Notes: a model not told the origin generated them from the letters alone. Counted from the stretch's first letter, positions 26,505 to 44,532 are shown. The stretch is DNA of 64,000 nucleotides from Macrostomum lignano (GCA_002269645.1 NIVC01001344.1:172908-236907); one strand, 5' to 3'. Made by a program: numbers and translations.

Positions 26505-26780
26505 TGGTGGCTCATCCAGCTACCCTGTTGGTCATCTGGTGGCTCATCCAGCTACCCTATTGGTCATATGGTGGCTCATCCAGCTAGCCCTATTGGTCAT
26601 CAGGTGGCTCATACAGCTAACCCTATTGGTCATCAGGTGGCTCATACAGCTAACCCTATTGGTCATCAGGTGGCTCATACAGCTACCCTATTGGTCATCA
26701 GGTGGCTCATACAGCTACCCTATTGGTCATCTGGTAACTCATACAGCTACCTTATTGGTCATCTGGTGGCTCATCCAGTC
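26505..26780. repeat. 32/33-bp minisatellite (CCTATTGGTCATCAGGTGGCTCATACAGCTAAC)n
   Basis: About 8 copies upstream of the PC4 ATG. Confidence 0.88.
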
Positions 26781-27319
26781 ACCCTAAAACCTTATCGGTC
26801 ATTTGGTCAGCAAAAACCTAACGGTCATTTGGTGAGTCGTAGAAACCCAATAGGTCATTTGGTGGGTCATAGAACTAGTATTCATCAATAAGTTAGTTTA
26901 AAAATGAGGATGAAGTTTAAACTTCGTCAAATACTAACACCATCTAGGGTATTTGAGTAAAAAACAGACAAGCCTACATAAGTGTAAAAGCTTGAATGTT
27001 TATTAACTGCTGCCAGAGTATAAGCTACTCCAACACTCCAGCAGTGAATATATACGACTCAAAAGTAGCGAAAAATGAATTAATGAATATGAAAAATAAC
27101 AATGAATTACTGTCTGGATGAAATTATTGTCGAATTAACTCGATAATGAACATTGTAAACAATATTTATAACTGTTTGGATGAATATTAGAGTTAAAAAA
27201 TGAATGAATGCTTGAATCAATCAGTTCAGCTCCGCTATAGAGCTCCCTGGAGACTGGAGTATAATATATGAAAAATATAAAAACCAACCCCATCCACACT
27301 TCACAGTGTTCACACACTT

Positions 27320-27690
27320 TGCTCCTCTATTCACACCGATCTTACAACCCCTGATCCACTATTCACAGCGGTCACAAAACCCACGATCCCATATTTACAG
27401 CGGTCACACGAACTCCGATCCCCTATTCACAGCGGCTAAACAAACTCCGATCCCCTATTCACAGCGGCTAAACAAACTCCGATCCCCTATTCACAGCGGC
27501 TAAACAAACTCCGATCCCCTATTCACAGCGGCTAAACAAACTCCGATCCCCTATTCACAGCGGCTAAACAAACTCTGATCACCTATTCACAGCGGTCACA
27601 AAACCTACGATTCCTTATTCACAGCGGTCACAAAACCCACGATTCCCTATTCACGGCGTTCACAACCCCCTGCCCTATTCAAGGCGGTCA
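27320..27690. repeat. 32-bp minisatellite (CCGATCCCCTATTCACAGCGGCTAAACAAACT)n
   Basis: About 10 copies just past the QDPR stop. Confidence 0.88.
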
Positions 27691-27710
27691 CACAACCAGC
27701 CGTTAAGCAG

Positions 27711-28773
27711 TTAAGCAGCCGTCACCGGCTTCACCTCGGTGACGGAGTCCCGCGTCACCAACGCTAGCAAACTGCCTGACGGCGGTCTGGCGTCCTTGTC
27801 AACCAGCCAGCTGTGCAGCAGGTCGGCCACGAACTCCAACGGCGTCCATCCGCTAGCCTTGGCGTCGCCCATTGCTCGCCGATTCGCCGGCGTGTCAAGC
27901 GTAGCCGGCAGCAGAGCCAGCACGGTGGCGCCCTCGGGCAAGCCGGATTTTGGCGCGGCCAGAGAAGCGGTCAGCTGATGGACGGCCGCCTTGGCCAGGC
28001 CGTAGCCAATCATGCCGGGAGTGGCGCCACCGGAGGCCGCGGCCTGTGCGCCGGACAGCGTCAGCAGACCCCCTGGGCGGAGGTAGCGGCTGGCCAGACG
28101 GGCGGCAATAATGCTGCTCCATATGGACTGCTGCAGCACCTGGAGAGGTTGGGAGGATTTGAGGACATTCTATGAGCAATTCTCTGAATCTCATTGGTTA
28201 CCGGCGTTAAGAGGGTTAGTCGTTCACAAAATCGGAGCTATTCTGTTCTCTGCTATACCGGTATGTAGTTATGTCTGTCTGTCTGTGTCTGTCTGTCTGT
28301 GTCTGTCTGTCTGGCTGATTGAAAGCTTGGGGGCGATTCTCAAATGACCTTGGAAGCGAATCTCGGATGATTTAGTTCTCTGTCAAGCATGGTGAACATT
28401 GTATAACGATGAATCGGAGACCCATTATAATTAATGAATATGGAGCAGTTCAGCGTCTCACCAATTCGCAGTTGCGCACAAAATTCTTGCTAGCCGCATT
28501 GCCGCCAGCCCAGCCGCCAGCAACGCATAGGATGGCATCGAGACTGTGCGGTGACAGGCCGTCAATACTGCCAGCCGAGGACATCACGGCGGCCTCCTGT
28601 TCGGTTAGCGACTGAGCAGATCGTGGCGCCACAATGCAAGCGTCCGATTGGTCATTGTGCTGCAGATCCACAGTGCAAACCCAGCAGCCAGCTGAGCGCA
28701 GCTTGGCCACGCACTGGCTGCCAAGGGCGCCACGACCGCCGTACACCAGCACTCGATAGGCAGCGGAAGCCAT
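27711..28773 (-). CDS. QDPR: Dihydropteridine reductase; exons 28773-28462 and 28139-27711
   Basis: VLVYGGRGALG, DAILCVAGGWAGGNA, GMIGYGLAKAAVHQL (YxxxK) and TLDTPANRRAM. Phase-0 intron TTG|GTGAGA..CTCCAG|GTG. Confidence 0.95.
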
Positions 28774-30569
28774 GTATACACTTGTGTTCTCTAATTAAAA
28801 ACTAGATTGCTAATTTCTCTGAAACTGCTGGCTAAAAATAGCTGAAACAAAATATTTACAGTTGCTATAGGTGGCATGCTTCTTTTGAAAAAAAAATCTT
28901 AGAAGAAAAATTAATATTCTTATTTTTATTGCATTTTTTAATACTCTACACTTTGGTGCTTAGTTATACTGTATGCTGGAGTGTTAGTGACTATATAGGT
29001 TAATTTACTTGATGCTTTTTGTTTTATATGTTGCATTGATACTATTTAACAATTATGCAATAATTTCATGATAAATTGCAGAGTATACAATGTTTTGTTA
29101 TATTGCTTAAAACTAGCTAATGTTTCTATGAAACTATGCTTGCAAAACATTGATGAATGTCTATTGAAAATGTGTTACTATACTACCATTTTTTGTTTTA
29201 GCTTTTAGCTTTGATTTTTGGGTTGGTATACATGCTTGAGTGCAACCTAGGGATTCACCTGGCCATTTCTATTGGCAACACACACAAGTAAGTCACTATT
29301 GGACAGAATAGTAGTCAGGTGACTACTAAGTAATTCATAAGGTTGCACATATATGTTGGTATACAAAATTTTTTATAGTTTAGCATAGAGGTTAGACAAA
29401 CACCTTTATTATGCTATGCACGTGCATAAAATTTTGTGATTTAATTTTTGTCAGGCATGATTATGATTGTGATTGTGAACATTATTGCAAATGTCATTTG
29501 CTAATCACTAATCACTAATAAAGCTAAATACTTAAATAAGACAAAGCTAAAAAACTAAAAATAGCCATTCTTTTTGTACATATAAAAAAACAATAATAAA
29601 CTTTGTGCACCTGTTGTTAAAAATGACAACCTTTAATTTGTAAAAAAAACATTGAAATTTTTGGGGTGCATCATTTTTCCAAAATCTCTTAATATGGGTG
29701 GCACAAAAATGAGTTGAATTTTTGGCACTAATTTGATTATTTTGAATTTTAATATGCTTATATTGATGTCTAGGTAATTTACACTATATTTAGAATGTTG
29801 GTATTTAACCTAAGGCTCTTTATTTTACTTTATTTTATATCTAGAAACAGGAGGCATGGCATGGCAAAGTGGAAAGAGGTGCAGCATAGTGTGACAAAGT
29901 GAAGTGCCACCCCCCCCTCCCCCCTAGTCTATAATCCTTCTTTGGGTGCCACTGTGGTGTAGTTAGGGTGGGCATCTAGCATACCTAAGCCATGGGCTGC
30001 GATAGGGTTAACTATTGCCAAGGTATAATCAATATAAAGAGAGCAAAGGGCAAATCCAAAAAAATTTAGAGGGAAGGGCCAAGCTATACCAAGCATTATA
30101 ACCCAATATTGAAAAATAGACCAAAATAGACCTTGCATAGTATAGTCATGGGCAAAAAAATTATGGCCTATATTTATTGCCCATGGCTAAGGAAAGGGGC
30201 CATGGCCTCCTTGCCTCCCCTTTTCCTTAGATCTACCCCTAACTGATAAAGGAGATTATATTATCAATTAACAAATACTATTACTATATTTGGCAATCTA
30301 GTTTGCTACATTAATTTATTTTTCATTTTTTTCACATAGATAATTAAATAAGTGGAATAAAATAGGACACAAGGTAGCCTAAGACATGACTAGCAATAGC
30401 TATCAATAAACTGGGCTTCACCTTGTTACTGTTATTGCATAGCTAGAGTTTTAGGACATCATTTATAGACCCAAGAAGAATTTCTTAAGAGCCCATATAT
30501 AGCCAACTAGCAAATAGTCAATATCTCATTGGCCATTAGTGGCACAAGCTCTTATAAGTTAATATTGAT

Positions 30570-31015
30570 GTGTGTGTATTAACCTACGGCTCGGGTCCCA
30601 GCCCGCCGAGGAAGGTCGACTCCAGGAAGGTGGACGTCTCAATTGGGTTGTTCCAAAGGTCACTAGGGCAGAGCGGCGTCGGATAGACAGGGCAGTCGAA
30701 AAGATGGACCACCGTTTGGGGCTCCAGACCGCAATCAGGACAGACCGCGGCGACGCCTGGTTTGATTCTCGACTGAAAATCCTGGAGAAGCGGGCAGAAA
30801 CCGGAGCGGAGCTGCGCCAGTATGCACCGCATGCGGCGGGGGAGGCAAGTTTCGGAGCGATGGATCGCTGGCCGTTGTGTTTGAATAACACGGTTCTGTG
30901 GCAGGCTGTCCAGCATGGCCTGTACTGCCTGCGTATGCTGGGCCCGCCTGGCGCGATCCCAGGCAGCAGCGTCAAGGACGTCCGGGGCCGGAACCGGCGT
31001 CCAATCAGCATGTCA
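30570..31015 (-). mobile_element. 5'-truncated non-LTR retrotransposon 3' end (C-terminal zinc-knuckle region)
   Basis: GC-rich island encoding LPRRMRCILAQLRSGFCPLL..RI..CPDCG..TVVHLFDCP..PTPL..LWNNP, followed by a short ACACAC tail. No RT core is present. Confidence 0.75.
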
Positions 31016-31569
31016 ATGAGCTTAGCAGTCAGCCTTAGGTTGGCTTTAGAGACAATTGTAGTAGGCACTCTAGGTGTTCTAACCATTACAAAATCAATAC
31101 ATTGGCTAAAGTCTAAAGAGTTAACTAAAAAAATGATTTAATGCAATAAACTAGAAGATTACCTTATAATAACAAAATTGATGCAAAGTTTTGTAATGAA
31201 CAAAGAAATAATGTAATGAATACAAGTTAATTGCTATTAATTTTGCTATTTTGTTAACATTTAAGTAATCACTAGGCCTAATTTTAAAAACTTTTGATCA
31301 AAAGACCTGTTCTCAATTCTCATGTTTTTAGGGTTGGGATCCTGGTCCCATGGGAATATAATTTTCCTCGGGATCCCAGGAGGCGGGATTTTGGGATCAG
31401 GATTGGGATCCCATCTGACCTCTAGCTAAAACAAAAAGACCCTAAAGAAGAATCAGTCAGTCTAGTGCAATTGTTAAGCAAATTTTGAGTTTTGTCTTAT
31501 TGTAAAGTCTATAGCTATAGCTTTTAGGCTTAATAATTTCATTTTATAGGATTTAATATTGACTGGGCC

Positions 31570-32179
31570 GGCAATCTTTTACTTTATTGTGTTTAATTTT
31601 TTAATGGTTCTTTTTAAATTTCAGAACATAAAGATGGTAGGAGGATAAAAGGTAAGTGTATTTAAGTGTCAGGTAAGTCAATTAGTCAGTAATAATGAGC
31701 CACCCAGTACAGGAAGTTGCCAAACTCCTTTCTAGGCCAGAGATACTCGCTGAGATGGCTTTCAAACAGAGCTTCGGAAGTGCCATGCATCACCCCAAAA
31801 CTTTGCCTTGACATGGGCCCACAACCCCTCAATGGTATTTGTGTGGATTGATAGGTCATTAGGGTCAGCAAAATGGAGTCAATGATTCACGACATCATGG
31901 TTCTGCAAGCCATTGTAGGCCTGCCATCCATCAGTAATAATCCGAGTGCTTGGAAGAACGTGCTGCTGGATGATTGGTAGGCCCTAGCAGCGTAGCAGCA
32001 TCGCGGCTTGGCACAGGCACCATCATGGCCTTGTTGGTGCCACGCTCCACCATGCTGGCCTTAGATTGGCCATGGGCACAATCATTGTGGGCGCAGAGGG
32101 CCTTCCAGCCATCAGTAAGTTGGCATGAATGAGAAAGAAAAGTGAAAAATAATTAAACGCAGTAAAGTAAAAGATTGCC
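31570..32179 (-). mobile_element. Merlin deletion derivative (610 bp) with a perfect 8-bp TSD ACTGGGCC
   Basis: TIRs GGCAATCTTTTACTTTA at 31570 and 32179. TSD at 31562-31569 and 32180-32187. Internal remnant VNH..FADP..HTNTIEGLWAHVK / MHGTSEALFESHLSEYLW. Confidence 0.92.
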
Positions 32180-35100
32180 ACTGGGCCTATTATATTTTAA
32201 TAATTTTTATTTTTATAACACTAACAGTTTAGTAGATATTTATTAGAGCAATTTAGTGCACAAAAAATTCAAATCAATTCTAACAATGTATAACTAGATC
32301 TAAAATTAGTAGACTTAAAATAGCTGTATATTACTATATATTAATTTTAACAAGATGTTAGTGTTTGGCCTATCTTCACTTCAACTTTGAGATTCCTTCT
32401 TTGTCATTTATCTTTTAAACTTAACTCAATATTGTTATTTGGATTGTGTTCTAAACATAGACTAGACCTACTGTTTGGATTAGATCAGCACTAGGCCTAG
32501 CCGATTTTTTTAGATTTCTAGACTAGGTTAGTAAAAATCAATCCTTTATATTACAAATATAAATAATAATAAATGAGTTAATTAGGCCTAATATAAATAA
32601 TTTGTAATATAAATAATAATAAATGAGTTAATTAGGCCTAATTAGAAATTGCTGCAATTACGTCTTTAGACAAGATTAATTTAAGAACAAACTTAGACTT
32701 AAACACAACTTCAGGCATTTGATTCGAGTAGCCTGGATTGAATTCAGGATTTATTGTCGTTTTACCAATTTTTGTTTGAGGGCGGACGAGTCAATTGATA
32801 CGCGCGCGCGATCACCCACCGGGTCGTTCTCAAAGCTAGGTCACAACTTTTTGTTATTGCAAAAAAAGTTTATACATCGACCAATAATCGTACAAAAAAA
32901 TTATTTCGACAATTTCTGTAAGAAGCTGCTACTAAAACCACAAGAAAACTTGAAATTGAGAAGAAATCAAGGCTATTTGTTATTCTTTGTTGCGGAAAAT
33001 AAACGACAAAAATATTAAAGAGAAAATAAAATTTTCTTCTATTTTTATTTTAAATATGCAGTTAAATTTCTTTTGCAAAAATAAAAGAACAAGAAATTGA
33101 CAAAGGAAATGTTTTTGAGCACAGCATTTTGTTACTCTGCTCTAAATCCCAGACATTTAAAATTATCGTGTGCGAAAAAGTGCGAAATTATTATAGCATG
33201 CACTCGAAAGGACTTCGATCAGTTTAACTAATCACTGAATTAAGAAGTCTAAATAAGTCTTGAAAAGTTGAATTAAAAATCAAGTTTTCACTATGTATCT
33301 TTTCAAAGTCAAGATGATTCGACAAATAAAGAATGTTCATTTTTACGGTGAATAGAATTGTTCATTTTTACATTAAATATAATAAAATCTAACTAATAAT
33401 AGAAAAAGTCAGGGAACTATCCTTGAACACCAAAAAGCACATTGTGGATTTAATATCAACTGCATGTTTCTTAATAAAGGAATTCGGATTCTAGTATATA
33501 TTTGATTATTTGTAGCATAATTTCTGAAAACTATAACTTGCTTGATTTTACTTTAAGTACTTATTACATTAATACTTATACCAAAGCTGCATGTACTTAA
33601 AATAAAAAATTATAGTTACTTATTAGACATTTTACTCCAATTAACTTAAAATAATTCAAATTTATTTTAATCAATTCATTTTTTGAAACTTTTTGGAAAA
33701 TAGACAAAATTGAATTATTTAATTACCAAAAACCTACTAGCTTAACTAAAATAGCAGTTAGTCTTTAAAAAAAGATTTCACTTGTTAATTGAGAAAAATG
33801 AGGGTGTGCGAGGTGTAAAAATGCGAAAGAGCATGCAGGAAACAGAGACAAACAAAAATGTAGGTAAAAGACACTGCACATGCACATAATATGATAACCA
33901 GACATAATGCGCACACTGAAACACCAGTAGCAATGACGCCCAAGCTTTTGATGATCACAAGCGAAAAGGCAAAACCCAGCCATCAATCAAAGAAGTAGAC
34001 TATAGCACGCATCTTGAGTGCATCACGCATTTTTTGCAGAGAAGCTCGAAAATTAACATTTATTCTGTGCACAACCACCAACTGCGACAGGGTCTGCCGG
34101 GGGATTTGTGGGCACGCGGTCGCGGATACAAATCGGAGGAGTCGCTGACCATTCTGAAATTACTAGCTAGTACATGTAATTTTGTGTATTAATATATTTA
34201 GCCCGCTTTATTTCTATGCTCTCGTCCGCCTCTCGTTAATGCATCCCCAGACTCATGGAATAATCAAACTTATGATCGAACTATGCATGGCTTCCGTCCC
34301 TCGCTTTGAATCTCTCACCTCCCCATAGTTCCATCAACCTTACCGTAGTGGCTTCCTATGCAAAAATCATCCCTCCGCATCTTACACAGGCTACTTCAGG
34401 CTGTAGACTGTACTACACTATTAATTAGTTGCGCTAAGGAATCTACATGTATTTTGCTCGCAGCGCAGCGCGCTGCTCAAATAAGTTTAGATCTATCTAG
34501 ATATTCTAGTAATTTCAGGTTTGTCCATAGACTAGAGCTCATGAGATGAGAATTCCATTAACTAGTACATTTAATATGAATGAACTGCGTGTGTGTGTGC
34601 TGTGCATACATATGTATAATATACGAGTAGTTTATGGGCCAAATTATTGTGTGGCACAATTCTTGGCATCACTCAGCAGGCACAAGATGCAGTTAAGCAG
34701 CGCACGAAAATTCTACAAAAGAAATTGAGCCTGGTTGAGGTGATGCGAGGAGGCAGATCCACACAATCTCAGTGAATACACCAGACTGCACCAGATACGA
34801 GTCCAGTCGAATGTGCGCACTGGTCTAAGCAGCACACGCATGTCCTTCTGACAATGACGGCACCTAGCTTCGTCCAAGCCTTTGCCAGCGTCACTGACAG
34901 CGTCAATACTACCATGCAGTGCCACCTGCAGCACCGACAACGGCAATTCCTCCAGTTAGCCCACAACAGTGGCTAAACTGAGGGACATGGAACCTACCCG
35001 CAGAAGACACACACATACACACACAGCACCGGCAGCAGCACTCTGACAGCATAACCTAAAGCTCCATGAGCTCAGTTTTCAAGCATTGAAGAAGCAGAAG

Positions 35101-37086
35101 CAGTCATCTTGAATCCAGGGATCAGGAAGAGTGTTGCATGTCCGACATGTGCTGTTTCCGTGGCAAAAGGTGATGGAGCAAATTAATCAACACTTACTAT
35201 CTAGCTCGTATTAAGACTAAAAAACTGAGGCAAGCTGGGATTAAACCAAAGAAAATTTTTTACTATACTTTTTTACCATGTACTTTTACTATACTTCTAT
35301 AGTATAGTAGAGAGGTACTCTATTTAAATGCAGTAAGAAGTGAAACAAATTTATATATTTAATTATTAAAATTAAATTAATTCAAGGTAAATAACTAATT
35401 TAACCAATTTATTAGAAGTATTTAATATTTTAATAAATTGATTTTTATACCTTACACGAAATAAGCTCTACATTCATTTCTTAGCTTGGGGCCCATCTGT
35501 ATAAGGTCAGTTTCTTCAAAATGCTGATTAATTAATTAAGGCCTGTTGTCTTTACTTAAATTTATAAGGGCATCTTAGAAGTTAATATTACTATATAATA
35601 CATGTATAATATTATTACTATATTATAATAATATAGTTGCAATTTTAATGACTATTGAATAAGTCTAAATGCTTCCCCTATTGACTCTAAATATATGGTA
35701 TCTTTACCTTCAGAAAAAATTAGCATAGAATGACTTGATGAAAACAAAAAAAATCATTTCGAGATACACATTTGCTGATCATTCAGGTCAAATTTCAAGG
35801 TCCAGTTTTGCACATGTTTCTCTGTAGCTTGGTTACAAGGATTTTAATAAAAATATAATAAATATGTCCAATGTACTAACTGATACATAGCCAAATTGAA
35901 GTATTTTCAAAAACAAAAAAAATCATTTGCTCAGTTTACTTTACTGGATATCTGTGTAAAATTTCAGCTCAAAAGGTGCTCCATGGAGAATGCTAGTGTG
36001 GTTACAGGATATTTATTTTGTGCTTCAAAGTAGGAGTTTATTGCGATGCATGGTTGCTTTTAATTATTTTTATCAACAATAGTGCTCTATTTCATAACAA
36101 TTTTTTACAAAAAGATAAAAAGACATGTTTTTCTAATTATCTGCATCAAAATGTATCATTTTAAGCGCACATTCTAGACGTCAGCTGAAAAAAATACATT
36201 TTGTGAGACGCAAAGAGGCTATCCCACCGGAAATGCTAGGCGTACAGTTAAGCGTCTATAAAATCATTTATAGTGCAGTTTATTGAGCTTTAAAAAAATC
36301 TTAAATTAAATTTATATAAGCTTTAATTTTAAATGTAATATAGCAAGGTTTCAACACAACAACAACTTTTTTTTAGCTACAGACATCTTGTAGTACCAAA
36401 AATTAACATCGGTGAAATGATTGAATTTGAATTTTTTCATCGCTAATTATCGCTTAATACCGCCAGATGATTAAAAAACACTTTTGCATGATAAAGTTTA
36501 ACCCAAAAATTATCTTTATTCACAGATAAAAGTGTCCTATTATTTTCAATATGGCAGTAACAATAGTAAATGTTCGGAAAATTGTTAAAATTTTTGCTCC
36601 TCCTAGAATTTGCGAACGACCCCACCGCGCGATCCACCATTCCAGTTCAAATTAGCGCTATCTTTCAGACAATAGGTTAAACAAAAAGGAACGGGCTTTT
36701 CACAATTCCAGAACCAAAATCGGTGTGGATCTTCCAAGAAAAAAGCAGTATAATTATTTAACTTTGTTGAATGTTTGACTGCCCTAACAGCCTCATTTTG
36801 CACGATTTTTCACTTTCTTGGCTATTTCCATTCAATAATTACAACTTAAAAGCACTTATATCCCTTTAGTTTAGGAGTCAAAAAGTTATACTTTGCAATA
36901 TGGATCTGGTTCTAGAACCAGAACAAGCGATACGAAAAGGCCTTAGAGCAACTAAAAAACTGTTATATAATCTCTGAACATCAGAATGCAATTGAATAAG
37001 TCAGGTAGATCTAACTCTGAAGCGCTGTGTGATCGTACACGTAACGGCCAAATTTTCGCGATATCCCAAGTGATATTTGGTCTGAG

Positions 37087-37353
37087 CCATGGATGAAGGA
37101 ATAACATGGATTGCTCATCTGAAACTTGGACTTGGAGTCAAATCCTACGGGGTAATAGCTCCCGAAAAGGCGTTTAATCTATATAAACCATAGATAAACA
37201 GATTTTACCGCATATTATTGGTTTTTACCAAATAAAATCCAGGAGAACGCAAATAATGTCCGGAAAATCTTTATATCTGTTTTATTTTTCATCAGCCGAA
37301 TTGACCATGGACGCATTTCAGATGAGCAATCCATGTTATCCCTTCATCCATGG
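37087..37353. mobile_element. 267-bp MITE with ~38-bp TIRs CCATGGATGAAGGRATAACATGGATTGCTCATCTGAAA
   Basis: Inverted pair at 37087-37124 and 37316-37353; flanks TCTGAG / TCTGAA. Confidence 0.75.
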
Positions 37354-39465
37354 TCTGAACAGTCTCGCTCATTGGGAACTCTTGCGAAGACCAAAAAACA
37401 GAATTAAAGCACTCCTGATTCTGAAAGCAGCTCTACAGCGGATTTTAATGAAAATAGCAGGTAAAATGATGTGCAATCCCACGACAGTTCGCATCCATTC
37501 ATATATCCTTTGATTTGTTTGTTCCGCTTACCCGACAGTACCCGACTTGACTAACAGAAATAATTGACTAACTAAAAGTCTAATAACTTTTTTTCAACCA
37601 AACTGATCAATAGCTTAATCAACTGGGCTATCAAGTGCAGCCACATCTGTGTCTAAGCGACAGACTCCATACGTGCTCCGTGTTATATTTAAATCAACTT
37701 CCCTTCCAGCATCAGTCAGATTTACGGTATGCATAGCAGTATGAGTGCGATGATTAAAATTGATTGAAACACCACCAGAAAATAAAGCAAAGAGCGGCAC
37801 AGTTTACGCAAGCGGAGTAGGTGAAGCGGGTCGGTTGTACACTGTAGTTAGTCCGTTTCCAAACTTTTTTAAACTTTAAAGCAACAGTAGTCTTAATTCA
37901 TAATAACTGGAGTAATGGCGAATAAGCACGCACTGCATAAACAGTGCGCCAAGTTCGCGAGCAGCATGTTTTTCGCCGCATAGCTAACGATAAAAAACCA
38001 GCTTAGTTCTGTTGACTTGCTTCGTTACCAAGGCAATGAAAATATCGTTGCTATGCGGCAAAGCGATGGGGACTGCAATTTCGAATGAACAATGTTGGAA
38101 CAAAATAAATAAAATTTGACAGCCAGTTAAAACAAAAACATAAAAATTATTTAGATTATGTAGAACGATTACGTTTTTGATGCGATCAATGATAGTTTAA
38201 GCGTATCGGAAATAAGTTATCAGGATTTCAGTGGGCTTGAAACACAATAGAAAAGGGAAAAATAACCACAACTTTTGACAGCGACTGCTACATGGTGAAA
38301 TATTAATTATATAGTCAAATAGGATTACATTGGAAAACAAACAATTGATATTGTAATAAAAAACCAACACACACATTTACAATTAATAATGGTTACCTTT
38401 AACATTGAATTACGGTAATAAGCGAGAACAGGAATACAATGTTTAAGTGTGCATCGCATAGTTAATTTGTTTTAATACGAGTCCCGAAAAGGGCCGTTTT
38501 GCGGTATTTATAGACCCAATATAAAGCCCGCTTTATTTATATTTTAACTTGCATTTCTTAAATATTAATTCTTTTAAAACTGTCCGGATAGAAATAAAGG
38601 AATTTGGACAGTATTATTTCAAAAAATTACAGAACTGCAGTCGGAAAAATAAAAGTTAAATCAAAATTAGGTCAGTTAAAAATATAGACAGAGTTCTCGT
38701 GTCAATTCCTTGCTTGTCTTGTCTGTCAGTCAGGTAAGTTAATAATAGACAGCCGTTATCCGAAGCTTGAGAAAACCTTGAAGCTTCACATTACAATACT
38801 CATTCCATAAAACTCGAGGATATTACAAAGTGGGTCCTCCTTGCTGACCAAATCGTCAATTTGTTTCGATCGAACAAACAAAACTGACGAACGGTGATCA
38901 GGGGCAGCGAAGGCGAGGCAGGCAGGCAGGCAGGCGGGCGGGCAGTCAGCCAAGATGACTTTGCTGGCTGGTGTTGTTGCAGTTGCTCCGGCAGAGAGAG
39001 AGGCAGTAGGCAGCAGCGCAAATGAATAAGAGCGCGCCCCTAATAACTATCGATATAATTTTAAGCCTGCTATCTACCTAACCTAGCCTATGCTGACCCC
39101 GCATACTCTTTTTAGCTACTAACAGTAGTTAGCCAACAAACAATTCAAGCACAACATACAAACCTAACAATTCAAGCAAGGAAATGAATGCCAGAGAAGA
39201 CTCCATAAGAATACATAACTGAATCCCAGAAGTATTTTAATTATAATTGATAATAATAATAACTGATAGATAATAAAAATACGTCTAAACTTAATCCATC
39301 TAATCACTCCATAGCTCTATCGCGCGCTTCTCGTTACCCTTCATTTGCGGCCCCCCTCTCATCTCAGCGCCCGCTCGTGGCGGCGGCGGCCGCGGTCACA
39401 AGCTGCTCTCCCCGGTGCCGCCGCCCGCCGCCCCGGCCCCCAGCGGAGGACCCACTGGGCCGCGG

Positions 39466-43114
<3,649 letters not shown>

Positions 43115-43855
43115 TGGCACTCTTGAGATAATTTATAGATCTTTGTGTTCTTAATATACTACTAACTATAAGCGGGCGGCCTGCCTAGACTGTGCCTTCA
43201 ATATGTCTGAACTTCCTTGAGAAGCAAGCTGCAAAAATGGTGCTAATGAAAGACCTGAAAAACTGTTTCTTTAGAAATTCACTGGATGCGTTCAAAGCAT
43301 GCAAGGAAAATTGCAACAAGTTATACTAAGAAAGGACGAATATGGAACAAGGTTGTTATTTAGTTTTGAGAGACCTCATATTGGCTAGCAATTACTCAAA
43401 TTTTATAAAATAGGAACGAATCAACTTGCTTTTAAATTCCTAAACCAGAATAACTTTATTTATTTAAATATTTTATCGTCATGCCACTTTTTTATGTTTA
43501 GTTTAAAGTGGCTAAGCAAAAATTATAGTATGTAATTTCTTAGATTGCACTATTTATTTAGAAGATTTCAGTTTGGCTATGTTAAATACAGGCATAATAT
43601 AAGTTATTATATTATAATTTATGTGTAACTTCTTTTATTTCAACATAAAACAGACAAATAAATAAGCTTTTAATCTATAATAGAGAATTAAGACAAAAAA
43701 TTCAAAATCAAATTTAAGATTGATAGCAGTAAATTTTTAAATACCTTTAAAGCTTTTAATTCTAAATTATAAAAGTTTTTACACTCTATTTTAAAAGACT
43801 TTCATCCAGTTCTATAAAGCTGGCATTATTAAAATAAAATTTTTTATAGCATAAC

Positions 43856-44532
43856 TAGTGATGGATCAAAATTACTTTTTTTATTGAAATCGAAATTGAA
43901 ACTTTAGGTTTTTTAGAATTGAAATTGAAATCAAAATTTTTCAAGTTAAACAACTTGCATCTGTATTGTACAAGCTTACATGTTTTTTTATAAAATATCT
44001 TTGGTGTTTAAACCTAAATACTTGAAATTATTTACCTAAAAAACTTTTGAATAGAAAAAGCTAGTGTATGCTTGTATTATACATTATACTTAGAATATAA
44101 AGTGTATTATTATAATATTCACCACTGTTTAAACTGGAGATCTATATGTAGATATATCAATTTCATTAAGGCTTTAAAAGTATTTAACCAATTAAATTCT
44201 ACAGCTGATGTATTCAGCCAGTGGGCTTCCATGGAGGTTGAGGTAGGTGCAGCACAAGACCTGGAGCAATGTATGTGCCCAGCGCAATCTTTTCTTGCAA
44301 GAGGCAATTCTTGCCTCCCCATTGAGTCTTTGAACTGCACTTCCTTTCATTTCCTACAGATTTTCTTATTTGTATAACATGGTCATAAATGCATAATTGT
44401 TAAAATATAACCAACAGTTTAAAATGATTTTTGATGAATAGTTTCAAAATTCGAAATTGAAATCAAAATTATTTTGATGCAAAATTAAGTTCAAAATTTG
44501 GAATATTGAAATCGAATTTTGATCTATCACAA
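43856..44532. mobile_element. hAT-like MITE (677 bp)
   Basis: Termini TAGTGATGGATCAAAATT / reverse complement TTGTGATAGATCAAAATT. Subterminal GAAATCGAAATT repeats at both ends. Degenerate 8-bp flanks AGCATAAC / AGTATAAG. Confidence 0.6.

Noticed and set aside
34713-34966. Cys/His-rich ORFs resembling a RING finger
   Set aside because: Ligand spacing does not fit, and there are stops and no splice context; possibly decayed TE.
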